NCBI RefSeq assembly: GCF_964188315.1
Contig: NC_135661.1
Span: forward strand, 77,376,001 to 77,440,000
Direction of reading: 5' to 3'
Source of the DNA: Podarcis muralis
Taxonomy: Eukaryota
DNA length: 64,000 nucleotides
The first letter of the stretch is position 1. Each line of letters begins with the position of its first letter. The position numbers were made by a program, and so were the translations under genes. Under the pieces are notes generated by a model. That model saw only the letters and a list, made by a program, of their open reading frames with translations, searched no databases and had not been told where the DNA came from. Positions 11,660-24,300 of this stretch are shown here, in pieces.

Positions 11660-13418
11660 GGGGGCTGCTAGGGGCGCATTGGAAGATGGCCGACAATTCC
11701 ATCTCTCCGGCTCACACGAGGTAATTAAGAGGCTGATATGGGAGTATGCAGCCTCCCTTGTTACCCCAAGGGACTCTGCCTTGCCTGCGGTTGCCATAAA
11801 TCACCCCCAGATTCGAAAGAAGGGGTGAGGGCACTAGGCACACAGCCCTCGTGCGAGACGGCTCTCCCTTAAGCTGTCTCTGATCGTGCGTCTGGTTGCA
11901 AGAGCTCAAAATAAACAATTAGAGAGAAGCAAATGCACATATTTCGAGTGAACATCGGGAGATAAGACTGCTAATTAAAGTGATCTCTGTGAACTGGAGT
12001 GACGGGCTGGACTCAATCATAAATCAAGAAGAAGATTCCTCAAAGGATCGGTATGTTGGAGCAGGACTGAAAAGGGGGGGGGCTTTTTATTATCTTATGT
12101 GAGTACCTAACAAACCCCCCCCCCAAGAAAGAATCGTTGCAATTACTGATTACAAGCAGGATTATTGAGAACTGTGTGGAAATAAATTACTAATCAAAGA
12201 CATGGCCTGTGGGAACATCGGGAAAGGAATGAAAGCTCTTTGTGACGCAGTAATAAAAAGAGATTTGTTACGGCAGGCCTGCCACAGGATGATCGAGGGG
12301 GAGGAGGACCATGGCTTGTTATTATACCGGACTGTGAGTTTGACCTAGCAGGGCCCCCTGAGAAAATTGAGGAGAGACTGGCAGGCCTGTGGAAATTAAC
12401 AGACAGACTTTGGGAATGCTTTGTACGGAGGTGTGGAAATGGCGTCTGTCTATTTTGATATGGCTCTTGGAGGAGTGTAAAATCCACACAGGATATAACA
12501 ACGTTTGTTTTCAACCCGCTTGTGGAGACCACCAGAGATCACAAAGAGGAATATATGATAACAACAGCCAACAGTGTGACGCGGCAGCTAAAAAAGCCAA
12601 TGCAATTCTGGGCTGCATCAATAGGAGTATAGCATCTAGATCAAGGGAAGTAATAGTGCCACTGTATTCTGCTCTGGTCAGACCTCACCTGGAGTACTGT
12701 GTCCAGTTCTGGGCACCACAGTTCAAGAAGGACACTGACAAACTGGAACGTGTCCAGAGGAGGGCAACCAAAATGGTCAAAGGCCTGGAAACGATGCCTT
12801 ATGAGGAACGGCTAAGGGAGCTGGGCATGTTTAGCCTGGAGAAGAGGAGGTTAAGGGGTGATATGATAGCCATGTTCAAATATATAAAAGGATGTCACAT
12901 AGAGGAGGGAGAAAGGTTGTTTTCTGCTGCTCCAGAGAAGCGGACACAGAGCAATGGATCCAAACTACAAGAAAGAAGATTCCACCTAAACATTAGGAAG
13001 AACTTCCTGACAGTAAGAGCTGTTCGACAGTGGAATTTGCTGCCAAGGAGTGTGATGGAGTCTCCTTTTTTGGAGGTCTTTAAACAGAGGCTTGACAACC
13101 ATATGTCAGGAGTGCTCCGATGGTGTTTCCTGCTTGGCAGGGGGTTGGACTTGATGGCCCTTGTGGTCTATTCCAACTCTATGATTCTATGATTCTATAA
13201 CAGGAAGATGAGGAAAATAACAAAGAGAAGATTGAACAGAACTGTGAATACTATTTTGACAGAACTGTGTACATTAAAGCAGCAGCAAGAGAGATGTTTG
13301 GATCCCGTTCTGACCTTGAAGCATGGGTACCCCCAACAAAAAATTTAAAATTTGGCTGTGTAATTTGGAATTAATGTGATTTGATTGGCCTGTTAATAAA
13401 AATTATTTGAAAAAAAAA
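11660..13418 (+). mobile_element. Short poly(A)-tailed TPRT-type insertion (L1-like 5' end), interrupted by a CR1
   Basis: 17-bp TSD GAGAAAGGGATGAAGAC at 11643-11659 and 13419-13435. Starts GGGGGC...GGAAGATGGCCGAC; AATAAA at 13395-13400; A-tract at 13410-13418. The paralogous site near 26235-26250 is empty. Confidence 0.75.
12562..13198 (+). mobile_element. CR1 LINE 3' fragment
   Basis: Reads [44 protein letters not shown] and ends in the (ATTCTATG)n CR1 tail. Confidence 0.95.
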
Positions 13419-13839
13419 GAGAAAGGGATGAAGACAGTGGCCTGTGCCTGAGAGAGTCTCTCCATGACAAAGGATTTGTTGATTGCCCAAATCATGGGTG
13501 ATCATTCTCAAAGGTCCTTCTCCAACCCTGATGCAGACCTCCTTTCTCCTGTCACAGAAAGGTGAGCTGCAGTATGTCCCTGGATCTTGCTGCTGCTGTT
13601 CAGCTGGCATGAATTCAGGCCATTCCTCTAGGTTCAGAGATTGACTCCTAAAACAGAAATGCTGGATTTACTGCCTGGCAATAAAACTGCCATTGTTGCC
13701 CGTATCACAGTCCCCTGGCTTTGTTGCAAATGCAAACAGGGTTGTAGCCTTTGGCACAGTCAGCCTCTGACGTTGGCCTCACTGGGCACCTACTGAAGCC
13801 CACACCCCACTTGAAGTCCCCTGACTAGCTCTATGCATG

Positions 13840-13883
<44 letters not shown>

Positions 13884-14297
13884 TTATTATTTGTACCCCG
13901 CCCTTCTGGCTGGGTTTCCCCAGCCACTCTGGGCGGCTTCCATAAAAACCAAAAATACAGTAAAATATCACAGATTAAAAACTTCCCTGAACAGGGCTGC
14001 CTTAAGATGTCTTCTGAATTTCAGGTAGTTATTTATCGCTTTGACATCTGATGGGAGGGCGTTCCACAGGGCGGGCGCCACTACCGAGAAGGCCCTCTGC
14101 CTGGTTCCCTGTAGCTTTGCTTCTCACAATGAGGGAGCCGCCAGAAGGCCCTCGGCGCTGGACCTCAGCGTCCGGGCAGAACGATGGGGGTGGAGACGCT
14201 CCTTCAGGTATACTGGGCCGAGGCCGTTTAGGGCTTTAAAGATCAACACCAGCACTTTGAATTGTGCTCGGAAACGTACTGGGAGCCAATGTAGGTC
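13840..14297 (-). mobile_element. L2 3' fragment with (ATT)n tail
   Basis: Reverse complement of the L2 tail at 1-975; microsatellite tail at 13840-13880. Confidence 0.85.
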
Positions 14298-14429
14298 AGA
14301 TGATTGTCAGATGATTGTTGTTCTGGATGGGGTTGCAGTCCCTCTGGTGCAGCAGCTAAGAAGCTTGAGGATAGGGACAGGGAAGACATCCCAATCAACT
14401 TGTACCTCAGTTTCTGCCATGTGGTAATA

Positions 14430-15038
14430 AGTTTCTAGGGGGTTCCAGGCACTCACTCAAGATTTGTGTTTTTCCATTGGAAAATAAGGACACAGTAGAG
14501 TCTGCAATGTCTCAGAAATATGGTTTATTCACACATATTTGCACCTAAAACCTTCAGTGGAGGAAATGCAGAATATGATGCCCCAAGAGTATCTCTTATT
14601 GTTCCTCTCATAGCTATAGCAAGCTTGTCTCCTAAGCAATCATGTCCCCCAGTCTCTCAGTGCAGCGTCTCCCAGCCAGCATACATGGAGTTCTGCTTAC
14701 TTCCTCCTTCTTGCTTCCAGAACTCCTAGCCAAAACCCCTCTGTGTCAAAGGGTGCCCTCCTTTCCTACAGAGACATCACACACCCTTTTCCCCCTGGCA
14801 ACCTTCCTCTGTGTATAGCTTCTGCTTGGTCAGTGACTTCCTTTGAGTGGCTAATGGCTGTCCATCAGCACCATTGTTTCTTCAATGACCTGCCATCACC
14901 AGGCTGGCCTCATGAGCAAGCTCTCTGGTGCTATTCCCAGTCCTTGCTAAGTCCAGGAAACCATGAGTTTGCTCAAACTCTGACACTTCACAGGATGTAG
15001 AGACTATGGGGAGTCTGCCCACCTCCCCCTTCATAACA
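14430..15038 (-). mobile_element. Possible solo LTR
   Basis: On the minus strand it starts TGTTATGAA and has AATAAA near 14530. No clean TSD found. A 24-bp piece (catgtcccccagtctctcagtgca) also sits at about 1216-1239. Confidence 0.35.
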
Positions 15039-15444
15039 ATAGTTTCCAAAACAACCCGCAAACCAAAAGAAAGAAACATCATTCAAAATTGGCATTTCTC
15101 TGAATATTGCATGCAATGTGGTTTGAAATATTGAAAAGATACATTTTCTATATACATTTTAAAAATTGCTTCCATGGAATCATGATGTTATTATTCATAG
15201 CATTGTCTATTTCTCTCTCTGATAACCATTTCTCCATTCAACATTATTTTCATTTGTTGTGGACCATATGGTGTCAAACAGGCAAGTATTGTAATTTTTT
15301 TGTATCCCTCAAACATTTTTATTGTTATATCTAGTGAAATAAAATAATGAAAAATTTGGGGGAAATAGTTTGTACCCGCACTCCCAATATCATTAATAAT
15401 TATTATTTTTAGAGATTGTGAACACTTTTATTTTAATTCCACTG

Positions 15445-15445
15445 T

Positions 15446-15509
<64 letters not shown>

Positions 15510-15510
15510 A
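15445..15510. repeat. (TTTC)n microsatellite
   Basis: Seen directly. Confidence 0.95.
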
Positions 15511-16512
15511 TTTTATCTCATGGATTTGTATAGCCTTTCTTAAATAAAAATATAAAAACATTTTTTTTAAAAAAAAAATGTAAGGTGGTCATTGTTTCAG
15601 GATCACATTGCAAGTTTTCCAGTGCCTCATCAGAATCCAAGAATTGCATGAAGAAATGGGGGTGGGAGCTTAGTAATTGTGTGGGGGTAGGAAAAGGGGG
15701 GGGGATAATGTAGGTGTTTGTGTGTTTCTATGCTATGCAAATACATTAGAGAATACAAACTGGAAAATGTAACATACAGATCTTTACCCATCCCTCTAAC
15801 CACCCCTCTTCTTCTTCAAAAAAAAACCCCACACAAAAATAAAAAAAAAATAAAAACATATATTAAAGATTTTCTACTTCTGATTTTGAGTTTTGGTTAT
15901 CTAACTCATTTTGAATGAGATTCCTCTCTTTTTTATATACAATAATTTCGGACATAGCTAAGGGGTGGTTCTGTTTTGTTTTTTTGTTTTTTTTGGTCCC
16001 AGAATGGCCAAATCACTTTTTGAATCAATATAAAGAAAAGTGTATTATGAAAAACACAAGGATCTCTTGTAATCTCACCAGCACACAGCACCCCACCCAG
16101 CCATGCAAGGAGCCTCTGGTTGGGACTTACCCTTTATTAAATTATTGTTGACAACCAACTGGAAGAAACAAAGAAAACCATTGTTGGACTCAATATTCTT
16201 TATTGGGCCTGCAATCATCTAGAAAACAGTACGGAACCCCATAAACACACTTGGAGGAGGAGGGAGACACATTGTGGTACCCAAGTGAGGATGAGGGGAA
16301 AATACAGTTTTGTCTGATTGTTAATGAGAAACTAACTCATTTGCACTTCCTAGACCAATACGCAAAGTAAAACTCAGTTACACTTATTTCACATTTCTCA
16401 GAATTTTGCAGTGTAGTTCTTCAACCAAACGGTGTATACAAAAATGCATTTATGTGGGGAAAGTGCCTAAAGTGCATATTTTGGTGATGATAACATATAT
16501 ACACATATATAT

Positions 16513-16822
16513 GGCTTGCCATTCAGAAGGTCGGCGGTTCGAATCCCCTCGACGGGGTGAGCTCCCGTTGCTCGGTCCCTGCTCCTGCCAACCTAGCAGT
16601 TTGAAAGCACAAAGTGCAAATAAATAAATAGGTACCGCTCTGGCAGGAAGGTAAACGGTGTTTCCGTGCACTGCTCTGTTCACCAGAAGCGGCTTAGTGA
16701 TGCTGGCCACATGACCCGGAAGCTGTACGCTGGCTCCCTCAGCCAATAAAGTGAGATGAGCGCCGCAAACCCAGAGTCGTCCGTGACTGGACCTAATGGC
16801 CAGGGGTCCCTTTACCTTTACT
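16513..16822 (+). mobile_element. Sauria SINE, slightly 5'-truncated
   Basis: cagaaggtcggcggttcgaatcccc...ggggtccctttacctttac; absent from the paralogous block near 2450. Confidence 0.9.
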
Positions 16823-17257
16823 TTTAGCATATATACAAATGCATTATATTAGGGGGAAATGCTAGCAAAACCCTATATTAGCCAAACTGCAAGTACAAAT
16901 TGTGTTTATTAGGAGAAATGCATGCTAAAATGTGGATGGATTTTCAATAGTTGTTTTTTTAATGCAGATTTATGTGAGGGGAGTGCATATATTCATGATA
17001 ATAACATTTATAAAATCATAAAAATTATAAAAAAGGCAATGCTGGTAAAACTGCATGTACAAATTGTGTTAACCAGGAGACATTCAAGCTAAAACATGGA
17101 CAGATTTTCAATAGCTTTATTTTTTAAAAAAGCAGATTGCTGTAGAAATGTGGAGAACTGAATTTAATGTTCTTTTAAAAAATGAGAAACCTAAGAGCAC
17201 TGGAATGTGACAGATTTGTCCATTCCTTTGCCTAGCTGAATGGCGTGGAGAGAGAGT

Positions 17258-19134
17258 TTAGGAGAGGAACTTCATGAAGAGAATGCTGGAGATACTGGGT
17301 AGAAGGAGGAGGAAGGAATTCTTCCCCAAGATATGGTGAGTGCAAGCCTTTGATGTTGTTTTGGTACTTGTGGCTGGTTTTTGAGTTACGCCTGATTTTT
17401 GAGTTGTAGCTGATGCAGGAGTTGGAGGTTTTGCAGTAGTTGGGGGAGTGTCACACGATATTGCATCCATTTTGTAGGGGATTCCTGCAATTTTCAATTC
17501 AAAGTCCTTTACACCGCACATATTGCTTGTTCCGCAACCCAGCAGGACGAACTTCCTGGCACCTGCAGGTAGACATGTTGATCAACATGTGAATTAGTGA
17601 AGCCTGCTCTAGTAGAACAAATGGGGCATGGCCCCTTCAACATCAGTTTGCCCTCAGCCACCCCTCACCTGCCAGCCATCAGCCCCACAACCAGTCTTGA
17701 CCACCAGCTTCCTCCTCCTGAGTCTCAGTGTTGCCCCTTGTAGAATGGAGCAGGGAAGAGGATGGGGACCAAACCAGAGTCAGTTTACTCTGCTTGTCAG
17801 GGGCTCCTCCCATGCCTATTGGCAATGATCCTATACCAGAGGCGCTGGCTTGGGCCTAACATGGCGTGGGCCCAGTGTCGCACCACACAGACGATGTCAC
17901 AGGCCTAGGACACCTCGCACGTGTCCCACGCCTATGACATCATACATGAAATGCGCATCACACCTGCGACACCAGGAGGTGGTTGAGTGCCACGCAGCTT
18001 CAATGGCTGCAGTTCTACTTCTCTCATGCTTGGGAGGAGCCACTAATGCTGCATCATGCTCGGCGCTCAGAGGATAAAGATGTCTTTATATTGAGCATGC
18101 GAAATAGGTTTTTTTTCCTGCTCCACCCATCACTGTCATCTAACCTCTAAGAAGGGAATTTATTTAGTTATTGAATTTATATCCTACCCTCCCTATAAAA
18201 AGAGCCTGGGCAGTGAGCATAGGCATAACTTATTTTTATTTTTATTGATGCAGTTGTTTTTTTTAAAAAAATCGCCTTCTGTCTGAAAAAGGGACCCCAC
18301 CTTTACCCCTTGTAACTCAAGGTGGCATATTTGGTTCTCACAACCATCACTGCCCTATTTTATGTTTACAATGTGGCTTGCATGGACTCCAACTGAGCCT
18401 CTTTCCTATACCAGGCCTCAGCTACAGCTCCATTCCCAGTATGCAGTTCCAATAACAAGCATATTACTTACTCTTCCATACCAAGTGTTTCTCTGTGTGA
18501 CTGCATCAAGGTAAGCCTCCTCTCCTAACAAGTATTCAGAAGCTGAAAGCCTCAAAGCTGTGTGCTAACTCTGCATATCAGTCAATAGTATTCAGAATCA
18601 TCTGGTAAAACACAGCCCTCTTGGCTAATAGGCATTGGCAGCCTTATCCTTCATAAATATTTCTAATACATTTTTGAAGGCCATCCAGTGTGGTGGCCAT
18701 GATCACTACATGATCATGTACCTACGGGACCGCCTCTCCTGGTATGCCCAACGGAGGACCATAAGGTCCATAAACAGCAACACCCTAGAGGTCCCAGGCC
18801 CTAAGGAAGTTAGATTAGCCTCAACCAGAGCCAGGGCCTTCTCAACACTGGCTCCGGCCTGGTGGAACGCTCTATGTCATGAGACCAGGGCTCTGCGGGA
18901 TCTGATTTCTTTCCGCAGGGCCTGTAAGACAGAGTTGTTCCACCTGGCCTTTGGCTTGGAATCAATTTGATTCCCTCCCCCTCTTTCTTTTTCCTTTCTC
19001 CTCCGGTGAAGAGGCTGCATCCTAATGTTTTAATGTTGTATTTTAATCTTGTTTTTTAAATTGTATTTTAATCAACATGTTTTTATTATTGGTTGTTAGC
19101 CGCCCTAAGCCCGGCCTTGGCTGGGGAGGGTGGG

Positions 19135-19189
<55 letters not shown>

Positions 19190-21265
19190 ATCTCATGGGA
19201 CCAATTCCCATCATTTAACTATGCACTGGGCAAAGAAATATTTTCTTTTGGTCATCAAGAATGTTCCAACATTTAGCTTAATTGAATGGTCCCAAGTTCT
19301 ACTCAAATGAGAAGGATTCAATCACACACTCATGACACTTTAGCGCTCCAAAGAACGATGCACACATGCCAATCCCACCATGCTCTGGCACAGCACCTGT
19401 TCATTTCAATGATGCTTGCACCAGAGAACATCCTGGAAGATGGTTCCCCAAGAGTCAGGGCTGCAAGTCTCTTGTTCTGCCACCTGAGTCATCTCATCTT
19501 GCCTGATGGTTGGTCCACCTCTGGATCGTCCAGAGGCAGCATTCCCCTCCCACCTGCTCCCCCACCCCACGGAATCCCTCCTCCTCCCTTCCTAATTCCC
19601 TTCAGGGTTACCAGAGCTTCCTGTTGCATTGATGCAACTGTTTTGAGCATCTCTGCATGAGACTGGTCTATTCGCGCAATCATTCACCGTCTGAGCATAA
19701 CATCCAATTGGACAAGTGAGCCCATTCTCAGTCCAAGTAGTTGGAAGAGCTAGGAAGCAAAGAAGAAAGCAGCAAATTGTCATATATGGAAAGTTTTTAC
19801 ATAAGAATCTCCGAAGAGCCCTGCTGGATCATTGACAGGCCTGCTTCACACAGACACAGCAGCCGCAGCCTTCCTGATGCATTCACACAACCACCCACTG
19901 AGTCCTCCCCACTCCCAGGTCTTGGTTAGCATATTCTTTGTCAGAATGAAAGAATGAGGTCTAGAGACACAGGTTTGACACCTTTCCTGTCTTGTGTTAG
20001 GATGAAAGGTGTGGAGGGACTAAAACTTCCTCCACTCCACGCTGTTCCTGCCAAGTTTCAAAAGCAAATTGTGAATGTTTTCATCATTCTAAAAACCAAG
20101 GGCCCCTCCAGACTGGTGTTTTATTGCGGGTTCATTTGTGCAACGTGTTCTTCAAACTATAACACTGCATTAGGATGGATTTCTCCTGGTTTCATTTGTC
20201 CTGTGGTGTTTCCTACTGCATTATTGCTGACTGGAGGGGCTGTGGAGTAACAGAAGTGGGACGAAAATAAACCAGGACATTTGTGGCATGAAAGGTGATG
20301 GGCTTTCAGCAGGAAGTAATGGGATGTGCACTGATTGGAAATGAAGCAGTATGACCAGCCCAATACCTCTGCACATGCAAACAGTATTGAGAGTGGAATT
20401 GTGTGTGACTGGCCCAATAGCACCATGGGCACAAATCACCCTGAACGCACTATAAAAAGGACTTCTGATATCAGAGAGGGGCAGGTGATGACTTACCTCC
20501 CCACTCTAAGTCTTTGTTGCACCCATCTTCAGCACAGCAAGCAGAGCTGTGGTGCAAATATCTCCCGTCTCCTACGGTGATGGCAAAAGCATTGGCGCAA
20601 GAATTTCTTTTTCCACAATCATAGAATTTTGTATTGAAGCTGACACCTACTTACCGGAAGAGAAAAATACAAATGGTCAGAAGAGCCCATTCCCCAGAAT
20701 CCTTCACTCTCTGCCTAACTCTATTGTCTCTGCTCTGCCTTCCCCTTCCATCCTTTCCAAGTTCTCCCAAGGGAATATGGCTTGCTGGAGTACAAGCACC
20801 TCCATCTTGCTGAAGTAAGCTTTGGAAGTTCCAGATCAATGGTGAAGAACCTCAGGACTGCGGACCAAAGGCAACCTCTTTCTGTATCTGACCCTTCGGA
20901 ACCGGCCCAATCTACACCCCTTACCAACTTCGTTTTACATCCTCCTTGAGTGTCTTTGCCTGGCTGGTATTTGTCATCGAAATCTGACAATGATTCTTGT
21001 TTTCCTTGACTGGATGGAAGCTAGAGAGAGAGATGGGTGTTTGTGGGCAGAACCTAGCCTATCAAGCTAAAATGTACATTTATTGCTTTGCCCACTTTTG
21101 CTTATGACCCTGCCCAGTCTGGTGTGTGGCCCTCAAAACAGAATGTGGCCCTCAGCTTAAAAGGGAATTCTGCTCTGGAACACTGCCAGAAATCTCAGGA
21201 GGTGGTTAGTGGTAGAGGAGAACGTCCTGGCTGGTCCATTAAGTGAATGGGGTACTTCCTGTTCT

Positions 21266-21309
<44 letters not shown>

Positions 21310-24300
21310 TATTATCATTATTATTATTTTTATACTATTTATACCCTACCCATCTGACTGGGTTGCCCCAGCCACTCTGGGTGGCTTCCAACATATATAA
21401 AAACACAAATAAACATTTAAAAACTTCCCTATCTAGGGCTGTCTTCAGATGTTTTCTAAAGGTTGCATGGTTACTTATTTCCTTGGTTCGGGGGTCGGAT
21501 AACTCCATACCCTCCAACATTTATCCAATGAAAATAGGGGCATACTAGGGAAATGCAGGACATTCCAGGATCAAATCAGAAACCGGGGCAGCTTCTGTAA
21601 ATCCTGCACTGTCCCTGGAAAATAGGGAAACTTGGAGGGTCTGCTACCAGCTTCCAACTCCTTCTTAGTCTCAGAATTGTCCCTTGCAGAACTCAGCTGG
21701 GAGCAGAAGGATGGGGACGAAAGTAGAATGATTTGGCTCTGCCCATCATTGGCCTTCTTCCATACCAGTCCTAATGGGCACCAGACTCCATTGGATAGAT
21801 TGTGGCACAGCGTGGAGCATGCCACCAGGCAAGGCCAACATCTTCCTTACCAAACATTGTGCTCTCGTCCTTGATGACCACGCAGGCATCCAAACCACTG
21901 CCACAGTCTGAAACCACAGAACCTTCAGTTCCTTGTTGACACTTAAGGGCTGGAAGAAGAAAGTAAAGGCTGAACAAAATTATATCAGAGTGAAGACATA
22001 ACAAATATAATGGGAGAAGTTCTGCTGTGGCTCTATGATGGGAGGAGCCCCCCCCCCCACTTGAGAGGACAATTAGGACAATGGGGGAGGTTAAATACCT
22101 CAGAAAAAATAAGGGGGCAGATGACGGAGATAAATATACATACAAAAGTTAAATATTTGGGAATATAGTTGATAGACAAGAGTATTAACATATTTAAAGA
22201 CAATTATGAGAAAATTTGGAAAAGAAATAAAAAGGAATTTAGAAATTTGGGGAAGAACTAGGAAGCAAAGAAGAAAAAGCATATTGTCATCATATGGAAA
22301 TGAATGAATTGCTATGCCCCACAAATAACCCAGAGATGCATTTTAAATGAAAGGACACATTCTACTCATGTAAAAACACAATAATTCCCGGACTGTCTGC
22401 GGGTCAGATTTAGAAGGCGATTGGGCCGGTTCCAGCCCAGGCCTTAGTTTGCCTACCCATGATCTGGATGGTACAAGGTCACATTCCATTCCTTCCACTG
22501 TTTACAGACTAGTGTACGAGCCGCAACCATAAATAACTCACAGAGTACATATCCAAACTCTGCCATTAAAATTCCGGTCTGGAGTTCTTCCTTGGCACAC
22601 AGTTAAAACCATAAGAAAGCATAAGAATGCACAAAGCACCTTGTCCTCTCCCTTTCTTTCTTGGCCATTGTAAGGATTCTCAAGCTTCTAAGAAAATATT
22701 CAGCTACCTTCAAAAAGCCAAGCCCAGCCCTTTTGGCAGCTGATTGATTGTAGCCTATTAGCATATGTCAGTCCAGGAGCACCTCTTGATTCATGCCAAT
22801 TGTCCAAATTATGGAGGAACCAACCGCAACTCATGCCAGAGTTGGAGGCTTGTCCATGGCAAGGACACTCCCAGGTTGCACCCGATCTGCCTTTCAAGTT
22901 GGCAGACACGGGCTTGAGCAGCACAGTGGGGTGCAGTGAGCTCCCCCGATCCCACTGGGGACCATTGCCAATAAATCCTGGCTTTCCCCTGCCTGAATGG
23001 CAGCACGGAGCTACTGGCATTGAGTTCGTGATGTAGCCAGAAACCTACATGGATTTATCTAATCCTGCTTTCGTTCCATCTAACGCAGTACACACCACCC
23101 AACCTTGTGGCAGTGAGTTTTAGAAGGTGGCTATGGATTGTTGTGCAAGAGGAAGCACTTCTTTCGTCAGGCCTAAACTGATTGCTAATTTTCTTAATTG
23201 GGTGGCTCAAGTCAGAAATGAGTCTGTGTGGCCCTCCAGATGTTGTTGGGACTACAATTCCTATCATCTCTGCCAATGTCATATCCTGGTCATTATTAGA
23301 GATCCTTTCCAAAAATTCCACTCATTCAGTGTTCTCCCTGGAATCTGGACTTCCAAATTACTTGTTCTTGCTCCCAATATGAAAAAGATCTGTTGGGAAT
23401 TTTCCATTGTTCCATTTTTTTTAAAGAGTATTTCTTTATATTATATGGATTATAAACTACTAAAGATTATAGCAGCATACAGCCATGAAACTTTAACAAT
23501 AAACAGTTCAACAGTTCTCAGAAATGAAATCAGATATGCATCCTTCAGGAACGTCAGCAAAAAATAGAATAGAATAAAACAAAGGTTTTAGCTCGACAAA
23601 ATGTGTACGATGTCGGAAAGTGTCTAACTATCCTTCATGCACTGCCTCCAGTACATGCAGCATCACGGGGGGGGGGGGGACACCCCATAGATGGTTGCAG
23701 TGAATGGGCAGCTATATAGACAATACTAGCCTATTCCTTGGAAGAAAGCCTGCCAATCAAACTAGTAGCTGTGGTGCCTGTGGTGGGTTGGAAGCATGAC
23801 GTTATCCTTAGATGGCACTGAGACACGGTGATGGGAAGGTGGGGATTATACAGATGCCTCGGCAGGAGCATGGAATGGGGAACTGCATGGCCCCAATCTC
23901 ATGGTCACTCCAGCCCAGACCTGTTCAGGTAAGCATCTTCACATGCTGCTACTGTGAACTTAAGATGCACAGCTGATATTTGTGTGCAGTATAGAGGTGG
24001 TGTACTGCAAGCACCCATTTTCTCTGCTGTCAAAAGTGGCATAATTTCTGCCAGTCCCAGTTCCACCTGCAGCATGTTGAGTTTGTTGAGAAAGCCAAGA
24101 GAAGGACAACTGGGAGCAGGAAACTATTGAGGCAATAGCATTAGGCTGGTTAGATGTCAGGCACCATAGCTACCCATCCAAAATATGCATCTTTGGTGGT
24201 AGCCCTACTCAAAGTAGACCCACTGAAGTCAGTGGACATAACTTAGGTTCAGTTGTTGTGATAGATATACTCTGAGCCGGACTTAGCTGAATAAAACTCA

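Noticed and set aside
12389-13192. 267-aa ORF
   Set aside because: Chance fusion of host-insertion sequence with a nested CR1 RT fragment; not a gene.
13833-14051. Poly-Asn/poly-Ile ORFs here and similar poly-Ile/Ser/Tyr/Val ORFs at 19.1, 21.3, 29.6 and 47.5 kb
   Set aside because: Translations of trinucleotide microsatellites and L2 tails.
20925-21020. Conserved intronic segment in A and B with acceptor- and GTAAGG donor-like ends
   Set aside because: No phase 1-1 reading without a stop or frameshift, and the acceptor is deleted in gene A (junction near 4593).
23049-23172. Possible decayed LU exon of a lost paralog
   Set aside because: Only scattered short matches to exon 3 and no recoverable cysteine pattern.
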